Source of the DNA: an uncultured Dehalococcoidales bacterium | GTDB taxonomy: Bacteria; Chloroflexota; Dehalococcoidia; GIF9; UBA5629 | Direction: 5' to 3' | DNA: 64,000 bases | Assembly (NCBI GenBank): GCA_964437795.1 | Contig: CAYTIC010000008.1 | Span: forward strand, 61,407 to 125,406 | In this document: positions 18,587 to 26,853 of the stretch, piece after piece | Layout: each line of letters starts with the position of its first letter | How positions within the stretch are numbered: position 1 is the stretch's first letter | Made by a program: the position numbers and the translations under genes | The notes under the pieces: model-generated | What the model was told of the DNA's origin: nothing | Databases searched by the model: none | The model's input: the letters and a program-made list of their open reading frames with translations, nothing else

Positions 18587-18632
18587 AAATGTAAAGAATA
18601 TACGCTCGATCTTTTTATCCGGTCCAGCTCCC
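18587..18632 (-). pseudogene. Fragment of an excisionase/AlpA-like gene covering the 5-prime end only. It is a remnant of a further integrated element.
   Basis: AAATGTAAAGAATATACGCTCGATCTTTTTATCCGGT is about 90% identical to the 5-prime end of the gene at 2816-2860. No intact ORF. Confidence 0.5.
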
Positions 18633-18647
18633 TATTGTAATGATAGC

Positions 18648-18677
18648 CTGGTTCAAATCCAGTATCGCCCACCATCC
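18648..18677 (+). repeat. Copy 4: the last 30 nt of tRNA-Val(TAC) (att-like fragment)
   Basis: CTGGTTCAAATCCAGTATCGCCCACCATCC is identical to 1571-1600. Confidence 0.75.
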
Positions 18678-18900
18678 AAGGTAAAATTATTCTATTACTA
18701 TATATTCGGTTTTACCAAAACGAATAAATTAATCATTTTTCAACCGTAGTTTTGGTAATGTTATTACCTGCATAACTTGTCTATTTGCATAACAAAGAAC
18801 TGATATGTAATATATTGGATGGGACTTCTGGTTTTTACAAGTGGTGCGAAGGTGATGGACGACTTAAATTCATATATAATTTCTGGCGGGCAATAAGATC

Positions 18901-19239
18901 GTGAGTAAACTATCGTCAGAACGATGGCCTGCATATTTAATTGGCATAGGATTAGTTATCGCGATTACCTGTATTGGACTATTACTAAACTACTTGCCCA
19001 TTTTTGAACCTACCAATGTTGATATTCTATATCTTCTTATCGTTGCTATTTCGGCTGCTTATCTGGGAGTTGGACCGTCAATACTAATAAGTTTTCTTAG
19101 CGTATTTGCCTGTGATCTCTTCTTTATTAACCCTCTTTATTCAGTCACTGTTGCGAATGAAAAGGACAGTTTTAATCTACTCATTTTATTTATAGTTGCA
19201 ATGGCAATAAGCTTACTATCTCCTAAACTTCGCAGATAA
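18901..19239 (+). CDS. Stand-alone DUF4118-like membrane protein (the KdpD-type membrane domain)
   Basis: Three TM helices with a conserved pattern resembling the DUF4118 domain of sensor kinases. Confidence 0.45.
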   Translation: MSKLSSERWPAYLIGIGLVIAITCIGLLLNYLPIFEPTNVDILYLLIVAISAAYLGVGPSILISFLSVFACDLFFINPLYSVTVANEKDSFNLLILFIVAMAISLLSPKLRR

Positions 19240-19399
19240 ATACTATTATATATAACTCAATCGAGGAAGTGTCTGCCTAGGTCTGTCATATTATCCTTCT
19301 ATGAGTAGTTGTTGAAGAAATGGAATCAACTTTTTGCTCTCAAATAGGAGTTCAGGAACTGTCCATAATGCTCCACCATTTATGCTCCTTAGTGCTCTT

Positions 19400-19714
19400 T
19401 CAGGGCTTTTCTACGAAAAATATAAGCGCCTTATCTGATAGGACCCTGACTCTATGCTTATGTTCGGGGTTGTCGGGAATAAAAATGCCGTCGCCTTTGT
19501 GATAGGTTACGCTGCCCTTTTCGAATTCAAGTTCTACAATTCCTTCAATGACAAAGCCGGTATGCCCGTTCGTACACCAGTCCAGTGGGATCTCTTTTGA
19601 AAACTCGGCAAGGCGCAGGCAAACATTGTTTTGGATAAGGCATTTTTGCCGCAGGCCTTTTAACGGGTGTTCCCAATCCAGCTTATTAAAATCCGCCTTA
19701 TATTGAATTGCCAT
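19400..19714 (-). CDS. Cupin-domain protein
   Basis: 104 aa with a GHTGFVIEGIVELEF...YHKGDGIFIP beta-barrel cupin-like pattern. Confidence 0.55.
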   Translation of the reverse strand: MAIQYKADFNKLDWEHPLKGLRQKCLIQNNVCLRLAEFSKEIPLDWCTNGHTGFVIEGIVELEFEKGSVTYHKGDGIFIPDNPEHKHRVRVLSDKALIFFVEKP

Positions 19715-19897
19715 TATGTTCCCGTTACCTCCTTTTTCTTAATGAGAGCCTATTTTAAGGTTAGCTTAAACGTTATGGCTCTGCCTATTGTACGCTATCA
19801 CTCACCCTGTATAATATTGGAGGTTAGATGAAACATATCGGTAATGTTTTATTCACCGGGTGATTGGGATGATGAGGCAACAGATTAAAGGAGTTTA

Positions 19898-20287
19898 ATG
19901 GTGATGAGGAAATTATTAGTTATGGTAGGTGGCTCATTAACTATTTTATGGGGGATTGCTCATTTGATTCCCACCGGTTCTGTTGTCGAAGGGTTTGGCG
20001 ATATCTCAATTGACAACAAAAGAATAATCCTGATGGAATGGATAAATGAGGGATTGATATTAATATTCCTGGGAATACTGGTTATATCGGTTACAGCGCT
20101 CAGTTATAAAAATCTAAAATCCAGGAGAATCGTATTTATCTCAACATCGACCATGCTCATTGCCATGTCGGTGCTGTCGCTGTTTACCGGTTTCCAGATC
20201 GATTTCATTCCATATAAGCTATGCCCCGTCATTTTCTTGCTTTCGAGCCTATTGATATTGCAGGGTGCTTTTGACAGGGCAAATTAA
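19898..20287 (+). CDS. Hypothetical membrane protein with four TM helices
   Basis: Hydrophobic helices throughout. It lies upstream of the STAS-domain protein on the same strand. Confidence 0.4.
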   Translation: MVMRKLLVMVGGSLTILWGIAHLIPTGSVVEGFGDISIDNKRIILMEWINEGLILIFLGILVISVTALSYKNLKSRRIVFISTSTMLIAMSVLSLFTGFQIDFIPYKLCPVIFLLSSLLILQGAFDRAN

Positions 20288-20319
20288 TTAAACTGATTTA
20301 TAGTTAATGGGGCGTATCT

Positions 20320-21624
20320 TTGAATATAAAATCAGAACGTATAAACGGCATCCTGGTAGTGGCCCTGGAAGGCAGGCTGGATGCCTTTGAAGCCGCCAAT
20401 CTGGGCAAGGAGCTTGAGACTCTCTTAAAGGAAGATGACCATTACCTGGTCCTCGATATGGCCGGATCGCAATACTTAAGCAGCGGCGGCATCAGGGTCC
20501 TTTTGTCCACACAGAAAAAATTGGCGAATAAAAAAGGGCATGTCTCTCTTTCTGGCCTCACGGAATACCCGGCTCAGGTGTTGAAAATGGCCGGTATGGA
20601 CAGTATGTTCCCTACCTACAATACCGTTGATGAAGCCGTTAATCATAGCTCGCTGCTGAAGAATATGAAACGATCTGAAAAAGATTGGCAACAGCTGCCC
20701 TGTTACACAAGAAACAATACCAGCTTCCATGTCTACCATGTTACCGATAGCGCAGCAACGCTAAAAACTGTGGGCAATCTGACGAAAGTAATTAATGCCA
20801 CTCTGGAACCGGACGATATCCGTCAGCGGTTCTTTTCCGAAGCCGAATATTCCATCGGTCTGGGCGCTCTCGGTGGCAGCCTCGAAGACTGCCTGCCGTT
20901 GCTGGGCGAAATGATGACCAGCGGAGGCATCATGGTCTGGTTGCCCACCGATGGTAATGACACGCCGGATTTTTTCATACCCCAAAAGGATACGGGTGAG
21001 GTTGTGATTCATACCGGCCTTAATTTAGCTTTACACGGGGAATTTAACGATATTATGCTGGTGGGTAATGACGCCGGGAGCACCCCTATCACTTTCAGTG
21101 GCCTGTATGAGGCTATCTTCGACATTGCCAGAGAGCGGAAGACGGCTAACTGCAGCCTGGTCAGCGTGGCCATGATAGCTGACCTTGATGTGCTTTACAG
21201 CTCGGGGATCAAGATTTCCCCGATTAAAAAACATGCCCCGGCTAACAATGGTTTGATCACGGATCCGGAGAACATCGCTCAGTGGATGGACGTCAATACG
21301 GAGCCAAAATCACCCGGCCGCACCATGGTAACCTTCGGCTTGGGTTTGGACCTGACATCCGACCTGTCCGGGCTTTCGAAAGCAGCCCTGGATAACGCGT
21401 TTTATATGCATCCGGCCAATACGGGCGACAAGAAAATGCTGCTGCATAACCACGGTGTGGTTTTTGAATGCATGGAGTGGCAGAATGTCTTTAACCTGGA
21501 CAGCGAGATCAGGAGGATAGCGCGACAGGGCGAGTTTGTGGATATGCGCCATCTGCTGGATACAACCCGCATAACACGGGCAATTGCCGGTGTTTCGTAC
21601 ATTTCTGATATCACACCCGAGTAA
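20320..21624 (+). CDS. STAS-domain protein (anti-sigma-factor-antagonist fold) with a roughly 320-aa C-terminal extension of unknown function
   Basis: The N-terminal segment INGILVVALEGRLDAFEAANLGKELETLL...YLVLDMAGSQYLSSGGIRVL is typical of SpoIIAA/STAS. The remainder is unassigned. Confidence 0.55.
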   Translation: MNIKSERINGILVVALEGRLDAFEAANLGKELETLLKEDDHYLVLDMAGSQYLSSGGIRVLLSTQKKLANKKGHVSLSGLTEYPAQVLKMAGMDSMFPTYNTVDEAVNHSSLLKNMKRSEKDWQQLPCYTRNNTSFHVYHVTDSAATLKTVGNLTKVINATLEPDDIRQRFFSEAEYSIGLGALGGSLEDCLPLLGEMMTSGGIMVWLPTDGNDTPDFFIPQKDTGEVVIHTGLNLALHGEFNDIMLVGNDAGSTPITFSGLYEAIFDIARERKTANCSLVSVAMIADLDVLYSSGIKISPIKKHAPANNGLITDPENIAQWMDVNTEPKSPGRTMVTFGLGLDLTSDLSGLSKAALDNAFYMHPANTGDKKMLLHNHGVVFECMEWQNVFNLDSEIRRIARQGEFVDMRHLLDTTRITRAIAGVSYISDITPE

Positions 21625-21738
21625 GATAGGCGCACGAAGTACTGATTTGGGATTGACTGGTAGCCGGGCAACAATTGCATAGGGATAATGCGTGATCTCC
21701 TGCATTTCGCTACATACTAACGATACTGCATCGAGCTA

Positions 21739-21765
21739 TTGAAAACGCCGAAACTGATGTATAAT
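21739..21765 (+). promoter_or_regulatory. Candidate sigma70-type promoter (TTGAAA-15nt-TATAAT) upstream of the substrate-binding protein gene
   Basis: Hexamers read directly from the sequence. The spacer is short (15 nt), so this is weak. Confidence 0.3.
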
Positions 21766-21795
21766 CTTGTTAAAAAAATGCCGAGGTAATTAAAT

Positions 21796-22497
21796 ATGAA
21801 GAGACTATGCTTTGTCCTTATCTCTGCGATACTGCTTATCACAGCGTGTACCGCTCCCGTGGCGACCGGAAAGCTGCGGATTATGGCGGAGGAATATCCG
21901 CCCTATAACTACACCGATGCCGGAGGTAACCTGGTAGGGTCCTCGACCGAGGTAGTTAAAGGCATTATCAATAAACTTGGAGAGAATATCACGATCGAAG
22001 TAATGCCCTGGACACAGGCGTACGAGATAGTGACGACGATACCCGATACGGCACTTTATTCCGTGGCCAGGACACCCGAAAGAGAAAACCTTTTCATGTG
22101 GGTAGGCCCCATCGGCTCTTACGAGAACTGGCTGTATGCCAAAAAAGGTTCGAGTATACGGGTGAGCAATATTGATGATGCTAAAATGGTCAAAGGTATT
22201 GCCGTGGTGAAAGATGAGGCCGGGCAGCAGAATCTGGCGCAGCAGGGATGCATCAACTTCGTTTTTGCCGATTCGACCGCCGACGGCCTGAAGAAGTTGG
22301 TGGCGGGAGAGGCGGACCTCTGGCTGGGTACTGGAGCCGAGGTGGAACTTGTGGCGAAGAAAGCGGGCATCGACCCGGCCGCCATCGAGGCGGTAGCCTT
22401 TGTAAACAAGTATGATCTGTACATCGGCTTCAACAAAAATACTCCCTACGCAACGGTTTCGGCCTGGCAGAAGGCGCTTGATTCGCTGAAAAAGTAA
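21796..22497 (+). CDS. Solute-binding lipoprotein of the extracellular solute-binding family 3 (amino-acid-binding type). It is an orphan: no permease or ATPase is adjacent.
   Basis: A lipoprotein signal (LITACTAP) and a bilobal SBP-like sequence. Confidence 0.55.
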   Translation: MKRLCFVLISAILLITACTAPVATGKLRIMAEEYPPYNYTDAGGNLVGSSTEVVKGIINKLGENITIEVMPWTQAYEIVTTIPDTALYSVARTPERENLFMWVGPIGSYENWLYAKKGSSIRVSNIDDAKMVKGIAVVKDEAGQQNLAQQGCINFVFADSTADGLKKLVAGEADLWLGTGAEVELVAKKAGIDPAAIEAVAFVNKYDLYIGFNKNTPYATVSAWQKALDSLKK

Positions 22498-22534
22498 ACA
22501 TCCCAACTGAATATAAAGGGGAGGTACTAAGGAA

Positions 22535-23212
22535 GTGAAGAAATACTGGGCAGAGCTGATCGGGACCTTTGCACTGGTGCTGGTGGGCTGCGGCAGCGCT
22601 GTTATAGCCGGTAAATACATCGGATTTATGGGTATTTCCTTTGCCTTCGGATTAACGGTGCTTGCCATGGTTTATGCAATCGGCAACATATCCGGCTGCC
22701 ACATCAATCCGGCCATATCATTATCCATGCTCGTGGCCGGCAGACTCGGGTGGAAAGACACCATCTTCTATGTGATTTTTCAGTGTGTAGGCGCTGTGCT
22801 GGCAGCACTGTTACTGTGGCTGGTGGCCAGCGGCATGCCTGATTACTCCCTGGCAGTCAACGGCCTGGGCCAGAACGGGTACGGGGCATTATCTCCCGGT
22901 AAGTTCGACCTGTTGTCGTGCTTCGTGGCGGAAGTAGTGCTGACCGCCCTTTTCCTGTTCGTTATATTCGGCTCTATCAGCAAGAACGCGCCGGCCGGCT
23001 TTGCCGGGCTTGCCATAGGCCTTTCGCTGGTACTGATCCACCTCGTCGGGATACCTATCACCGGGACCTCGGTCAACCCGGCGCGCAGCTTTGGCCCTGC
23101 GCTGGTGGTAGGTGGAGCGGCGCTCTCGCAGCTCTGGCTCTTCTGGGTGGCGCCCATCATCGGCGGTATCCTGGCGGCAGTCATCTGGCGCTGGGGTTTC
23201 AAGAACCAATAA
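22535..23212 (+). CDS. aqpZ: Aquaporin Z / MIP-family water channel
   Basis: Two NPA motifs (HINPAIS, SVNPARS), six TM helices and an aromatic/Arg filter region. Confidence 0.85.
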   Translation: MKKYWAELIGTFALVLVGCGSAVIAGKYIGFMGISFAFGLTVLAMVYAIGNISGCHINPAISLSMLVAGRLGWKDTIFYVIFQCVGAVLAALLLWLVASGMPDYSLAVNGLGQNGYGALSPGKFDLLSCFVAEVVLTALFLFVIFGSISKNAPAGFAGLAIGLSLVLIHLVGIPITGTSVNPARSFGPALVVGGAALSQLWLFWVAPIIGGILAAVIWRWGFKNQ

Positions 23213-23225
23213 ATTAGTATTACTT

Positions 23226-23257
23226 GATACATGCCTTCTTTTAAGAAGGCATGTATC
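23226..23257. terminator. Rho-independent terminator-like perfect palindrome downstream of aqpZ
   Basis: GATACATGCCTTCTTTTAAGAAGGCATGTATC followed by TTTAAG. Confidence 0.5.
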
Positions 23258-23391
23258 TTTAAGTCGGCCTTACTTTTTCTTATACGGGTAAACCCCGCAA
23301 TATGGCCTGTTACGTATCACTCTTCAGCCGCGGGTCACTTTCTCATTGCAACCTTTTTGCATCCTTAACGTTATGAGTTAAACTGTGGTAC

Positions 23392-23985
23392 ATGCCTGGT
23401 CAAATGAACCCTGATTCTTTAATTTCTACCGATCAGCTGAGAGCGGAAGAGGAACTGGTAAAGCGCGCCCAGCATTCCCCGGAAGCCTTCGGTGAACTGT
23501 ACGAAATATATTACCAGCGTATCTTCAATTATGCTGTGAAACGCACAGCCAATGTCCAGCTTTCACTTGACATAACATCAACCACCTTTCTCAAGGCATT
23601 CTCCCAGATCAAGAAATACCGCTGGCGGGACGTGCCCTTTGCGGCCTGGCTGTACCGCATTGCCAGCAATGAGATCAACGACCATTACCGCAGGCAGGGG
23701 GGACGGCGAATGTCCAGCATAGAGACTATTGTTGAGCTGGCGGACACCAGCGACTATGCCGACGAGATAAACGAGGCGGAGGATGAGCTGAATAAGCACG
23801 AGGAATTTATCCTGCTGCACAAGAAGATCTCCGAACTCCCCTTTATTTACCAGGAGGTTATAGCCCTAAAGTTTTTTGAAAAGAAGAAGATACGTGAGAT
23901 GGTGAAGATACTGGGCAAGAAAGAGGGGACCATCAAGTCATTGCTGCACAGGGGAGTAGAAAAACTAAGGGAAAAAATGCAGTGA
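23392..23985 (+). CDS. ECF-family RNA polymerase sigma factor (sigma-24/sigma-E-like)
   Basis: Region 2 (ELYEIYYQRIFNYAVKRT) and region 4 (EVIALKFFEKKKIREMVKILG) signatures. Confidence 0.8.
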   Translation: MPGQMNPDSLISTDQLRAEEELVKRAQHSPEAFGELYEIYYQRIFNYAVKRTANVQLSLDITSTTFLKAFSQIKKYRWRDVPFAAWLYRIASNEINDHYRRQGGRRMSSIETIVELADTSDYADEINEAEDELNKHEEFILLHKKISELPFIYQEVIALKFFEKKKIREMVKILGKKEGTIKSLLHRGVEKLREKMQ

Positions 23986-24037
23986 TGCAACTTTTTTTAA
24001 TGAAGGGCATTATATTATTGGACGGAAACACCATACT

Positions 24038-24850
24038 ATGAAAAAGGAAGCGCTCATCAGGAAGCTGGAAAAGACAGATCTGCCGGAACTGTTGATAGCA
24101 GGCCACAGGGATTGCCTCAAGAAGGTGCTGATTGAGGGCGCTTATGCCGGCGATATTGCCTGGAGCAAACCGGCGGGCGTTCCTGCGAGGAACATATTTG
24201 AGAAATGGCTGGATTGGCTGAGGGCGCCGGCCTGGAGGATGGCCGCCGCCAGCGGCCTGGCGCTCATTATTGTGGCGGCTGTTTTGTCACTCACATTTTA
24301 CCTGGCTGCTCCTTCACCTTCGGTCATAGCTGCCGACGTGGTAAAAAAGGACCCGGGCATACAGCAGAGACTCAACGGGACAGGGGAGATCATCATAATC
24401 CGCGTGGATGTGAGGGATGGTATGGCCAGCGTGGTCTGCGGGCGCTGCATGGGTGATTTTATTGAAGCCGACGTTGACATGAATGTGAAAGCGGTCGTGA
24501 GCACGCGACGCTACGAAGGGATTTTCGTGCCTGAGCTTGCACCAAACATACGCGAACAGGCCGTTAATATAGCCGTTTCTGACCCGAGGGTAAAAAGCGT
24601 CATGGACAGGGGTGGAATTGTAGGCAGGGTGTTCCCCATTTTTTCCTCGGTCTCCAAGATATCAGTTATAGGCGATTCCATTATTAAAGTGACGCCCGAC
24701 GCTTCCCAGGCCATCGTGCCGGTACAACTCGATGGGAAAACCTGGCTGGTGCAGGTCAACCTCGAGGAAAACCGAGCCGAGCGCATCATAGAACCTGAGG
24801 CGGGCAGCACATATTATTACGAGATATTCTATAAGGCACAGAACCTTTAA
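24038..24850 (+). CDS. Putative anti-sigma factor, a single-pass membrane protein with an extracytoplasmic domain
   Basis: It sits directly downstream of the ECF sigma gene, has one TM helix (LALIIVAAVLSLTFYLAA) and its function is inferred from context. Confidence 0.4.
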   Translation: MKKEALIRKLEKTDLPELLIAGHRDCLKKVLIEGAYAGDIAWSKPAGVPARNIFEKWLDWLRAPAWRMAAASGLALIIVAAVLSLTFYLAAPSPSVIAADVVKKDPGIQQRLNGTGEIIIIRVDVRDGMASVVCGRCMGDFIEADVDMNVKAVVSTRRYEGIFVPELAPNIREQAVNIAVSDPRVKSVMDRGGIVGRVFPIFSSVSKISVIGDSIIKVTPDASQAIVPVQLDGKTWLVQVNLEENRAERIIEPEAGSTYYYEIFYKAQNL

Positions 24851-24886
24851 TCTAGATTATTCCTACAAATATCAGGAGGCTTTCAG

Positions 24887-26161
24887 ATGTTATTATCTAA
24901 AATATTTAGCGGATGGCGCCATAAAATAAGTGCACCGGCAGCAGCTTTAATCATTGCCGTGCTGCTGGTAACCGGCTGCAGCGCAGCCGCCCCGGCAAAT
25001 CCGTCCATCCAAAAGTCCTTGAACCTGCCGTCTTCGTCTGCGACGGTGCAGGTAGCGCCGCTCTACGATGAGACTACTACCATTTCGCTTTACGAAAGGT
25101 GCATACCGGCTGTGGTTCAGGTGGAGTCCGTGACCACCCTCACCCCCAAGATTTTCGGCCCCTTCGGGCTGGAGATCCCCAAGCTGAGGGGACAGGGGTC
25201 GGGTTTCATCATCGATGGGGAGGGCCACATCCTCACCAACAATCATGTTGTAGATAAGGCCTCCACCGTTAAAGTCACACTGAGCGACGGTACTCAGCTG
25301 GATGGAAAAGTCATCGGCTCAGACCGTAACAATGACGTGGCCTTATTACAGGTTGATGCTTCCAAAATATCGGCTATGACATACCTGGTGATGGCCGATT
25401 CCAGCCTGGTCAAGCCCGGCCAGATGGCCCTGGCACTGGGTTCACCCTTCGGACTGCAGGGCTCCATAACCATCGGCATCATCAGCGGCACTGGCAGGTC
25501 TATACCCAGTTCCACGTACCGTAACATAACGGACATCATACAGACGGACGCTGCGATCAATCCGGGCAACTCAGGCGGGCCTCTGCTCAATTCCAGGGGC
25601 GAGGTGATAGGCATCAACACGGCTATAGAAGCAGCGGCCAACGGGGTGGGCTTTGCCATTCCCATCAATACCGCTAAAAAGGTGCTGCCCGAACTACTCA
25701 AGGGCGGCATGATCAAGACTCCCTGGCTCGGCATCGAGGGCATGCCGGTCAACCAGGAACTGGCGGAAAAACTCAACCTCAAAATCACCAGGGGCGTATA
25801 TATTGTCGGTGTCCTGACCGGCAGCCCCGCGGAGAAGGCCGGCCTGGTACAGGGAGGCAGGGACAAACAGGACGAGCCCTCGGCAGGAGGTGACATCATC
25901 ACATTGGTTGACGACGTTTCTGTAACCAGGGTTGATGATATCCTCTCATATTTCAACGGCAAGAAGCCGGGCGACAAAGTATCGCTGTCAGTGCAGAGGG
26001 GTGATCAGAAGATCTCCGTCCCGGTAGAGTTGGGCGAATGGCCCGACAGGCTCCCTGGCTATTATGAGTTTAACCAGGGCGACGGCCAGGAACCTGCACC
26101 CGCGCCCGACCAGAATCAGAAAGAGTTCAATGTAGGGCCTTTCCAATTCCGTACGAATTAG
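24887..26161 (+). CDS. htrA: HtrA/DegP-family serine protease with a PDZ domain
   Basis: Trypsin-like catalytic motifs (HILTNNHVV, DVALLQV, GNSGGPLLN) plus a C-terminal PDZ domain and a signal-anchor. Confidence 0.8.
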   Translation: MLLSKIFSGWRHKISAPAAALIIAVLLVTGCSAAAPANPSIQKSLNLPSSSATVQVAPLYDETTTISLYERCIPAVVQVESVTTLTPKIFGPFGLEIPKLRGQGSGFIIDGEGHILTNNHVVDKASTVKVTLSDGTQLDGKVIGSDRNNDVALLQVDASKISAMTYLVMADSSLVKPGQMALALGSPFGLQGSITIGIISGTGRSIPSSTYRNITDIIQTDAAINPGNSGGPLLNSRGEVIGINTAIEAAANGVGFAIPINTAKKVLPELLKGGMIKTPWLGIEGMPVNQELAEKLNLKITRGVYIVGVLTGSPAEKAGLVQGGRDKQDEPSAGGDIITLVDDVSVTRVDDILSYFNGKKPGDKVSLSVQRGDQKISVPVELGEWPDRLPGYYEFNQGDGQEPAPAPDQNQKEFNVGPFQFRTN

Positions 26162-26174
26162 TCCAATTTATTCG

Positions 26175-26268
26175 TCCCGTCATTGCGAGTGGAGCGAAGC
26201 AATCTTGTGATTGAAGCTGCGGTACCAGCAGATTGCCGCGTCGCCTGCGGCTCCTCGCAATGACGGGA
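26175..26268. repeat. Long imperfect hairpin between convergent genes. The 14-bp perfect arms are CCCGTCATTGCGAG / CTCGCAATGACGGG, with inner arms GCAATCT / AGATTGC.
   Basis: Read directly from the sequence. Possible bidirectional terminator or small REP/MITE-like element. Confidence 0.5.
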
Positions 26269-26324
26269 TTAAAGACGTTGCTCACAATGACATTATTGAT
26301 GCGGGCGCACCTGAAGGAACGCCC

Positions 26325-26834
26325 CTACAGCTCAAGGGATTTCTGCATCCAGATGACGTCGAAATCCCTGCCGAACTTCCGCCCTATGCGTTCGAAGCGG
26401 CCGCACTCTCTGAATCCGTGCTTGATATGAAAATCGAGGCTCACCTGGTTGAGAGATGATATATTGGCCAACAGGGTTTCTACCCCGGCCGCCCTGGCAT
26501 CCTCTAAAATGGTCTCCATAAAACGTGTGCCCAGTCCCCGGCGCCCATGTGAGGGAAGAATAAAATACGTGATCTCCCCGGCCCGCTTAAACGCCTCGGC
26601 AATCTGGTGATGTCTCAGCAGGGCGAAGCCTATCACCTCTCCACCTGGCGACTCCGCCACGTAGAAGGCGCCTCCCCTGCTCATATTTTTTAGCAGGACG
26701 AAGATCTCGGGCCCAACCTTTTTATCAGGATAAGCGGCGAAACTGTTCTCAACGAAATAGTTGAAGACGCCGGCGATCGCGCCCTTGTCCTCATCCTTCA
26801 CACGCCTTATCTTGTAGTCCGGCATTTGCTTCAA
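26325..26834 (-). CDS. GNAT-family N-acetyltransferase
   Basis: Acetyl-CoA binding motif HHQIAEAFKRAGEITYFILPSHGRRGLGTRFM (Q/RxxGxG/A). Confidence 0.7.
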   Translation of the reverse strand: MKQMPDYKIRRVKDEDKGAIAGVFNYFVENSFAAYPDKKVGPEIFVLLKNMSRGGAFYVAESPGGEVIGFALLRHHQIAEAFKRAGEITYFILPSHGRRGLGTRFMETILEDARAAGVETLLANISSLNQVSLDFHIKHGFRECGRFERIGRKFGRDFDVIWMQKSLEL

Positions 26835-26853
26835 TCCTCGCTATAAGGATACG

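Noticed and set aside
18366-18749. 127-aa ORF spanning the excisionase fragment and the att fragment
   Set aside because: It covers a decayed gene remnant and the tRNA-derived repeat, and has low-complexity AT-rich codons. It is probably non-coding.
22843-23232. Three overlapping ORFs antisense or offset to aqpZ (22843-23232, 22889-23209, 22918-23217)
   Set aside because: GC-rich alternate-frame artefacts. aqpZ, with its two NPA motifs, explains the region.
26211-26459. Two overlapping small ORFs downstream of htrA
   Set aside because: They span the palindromic element and the 3-prime end of the convergent GNAT gene. No RBS.
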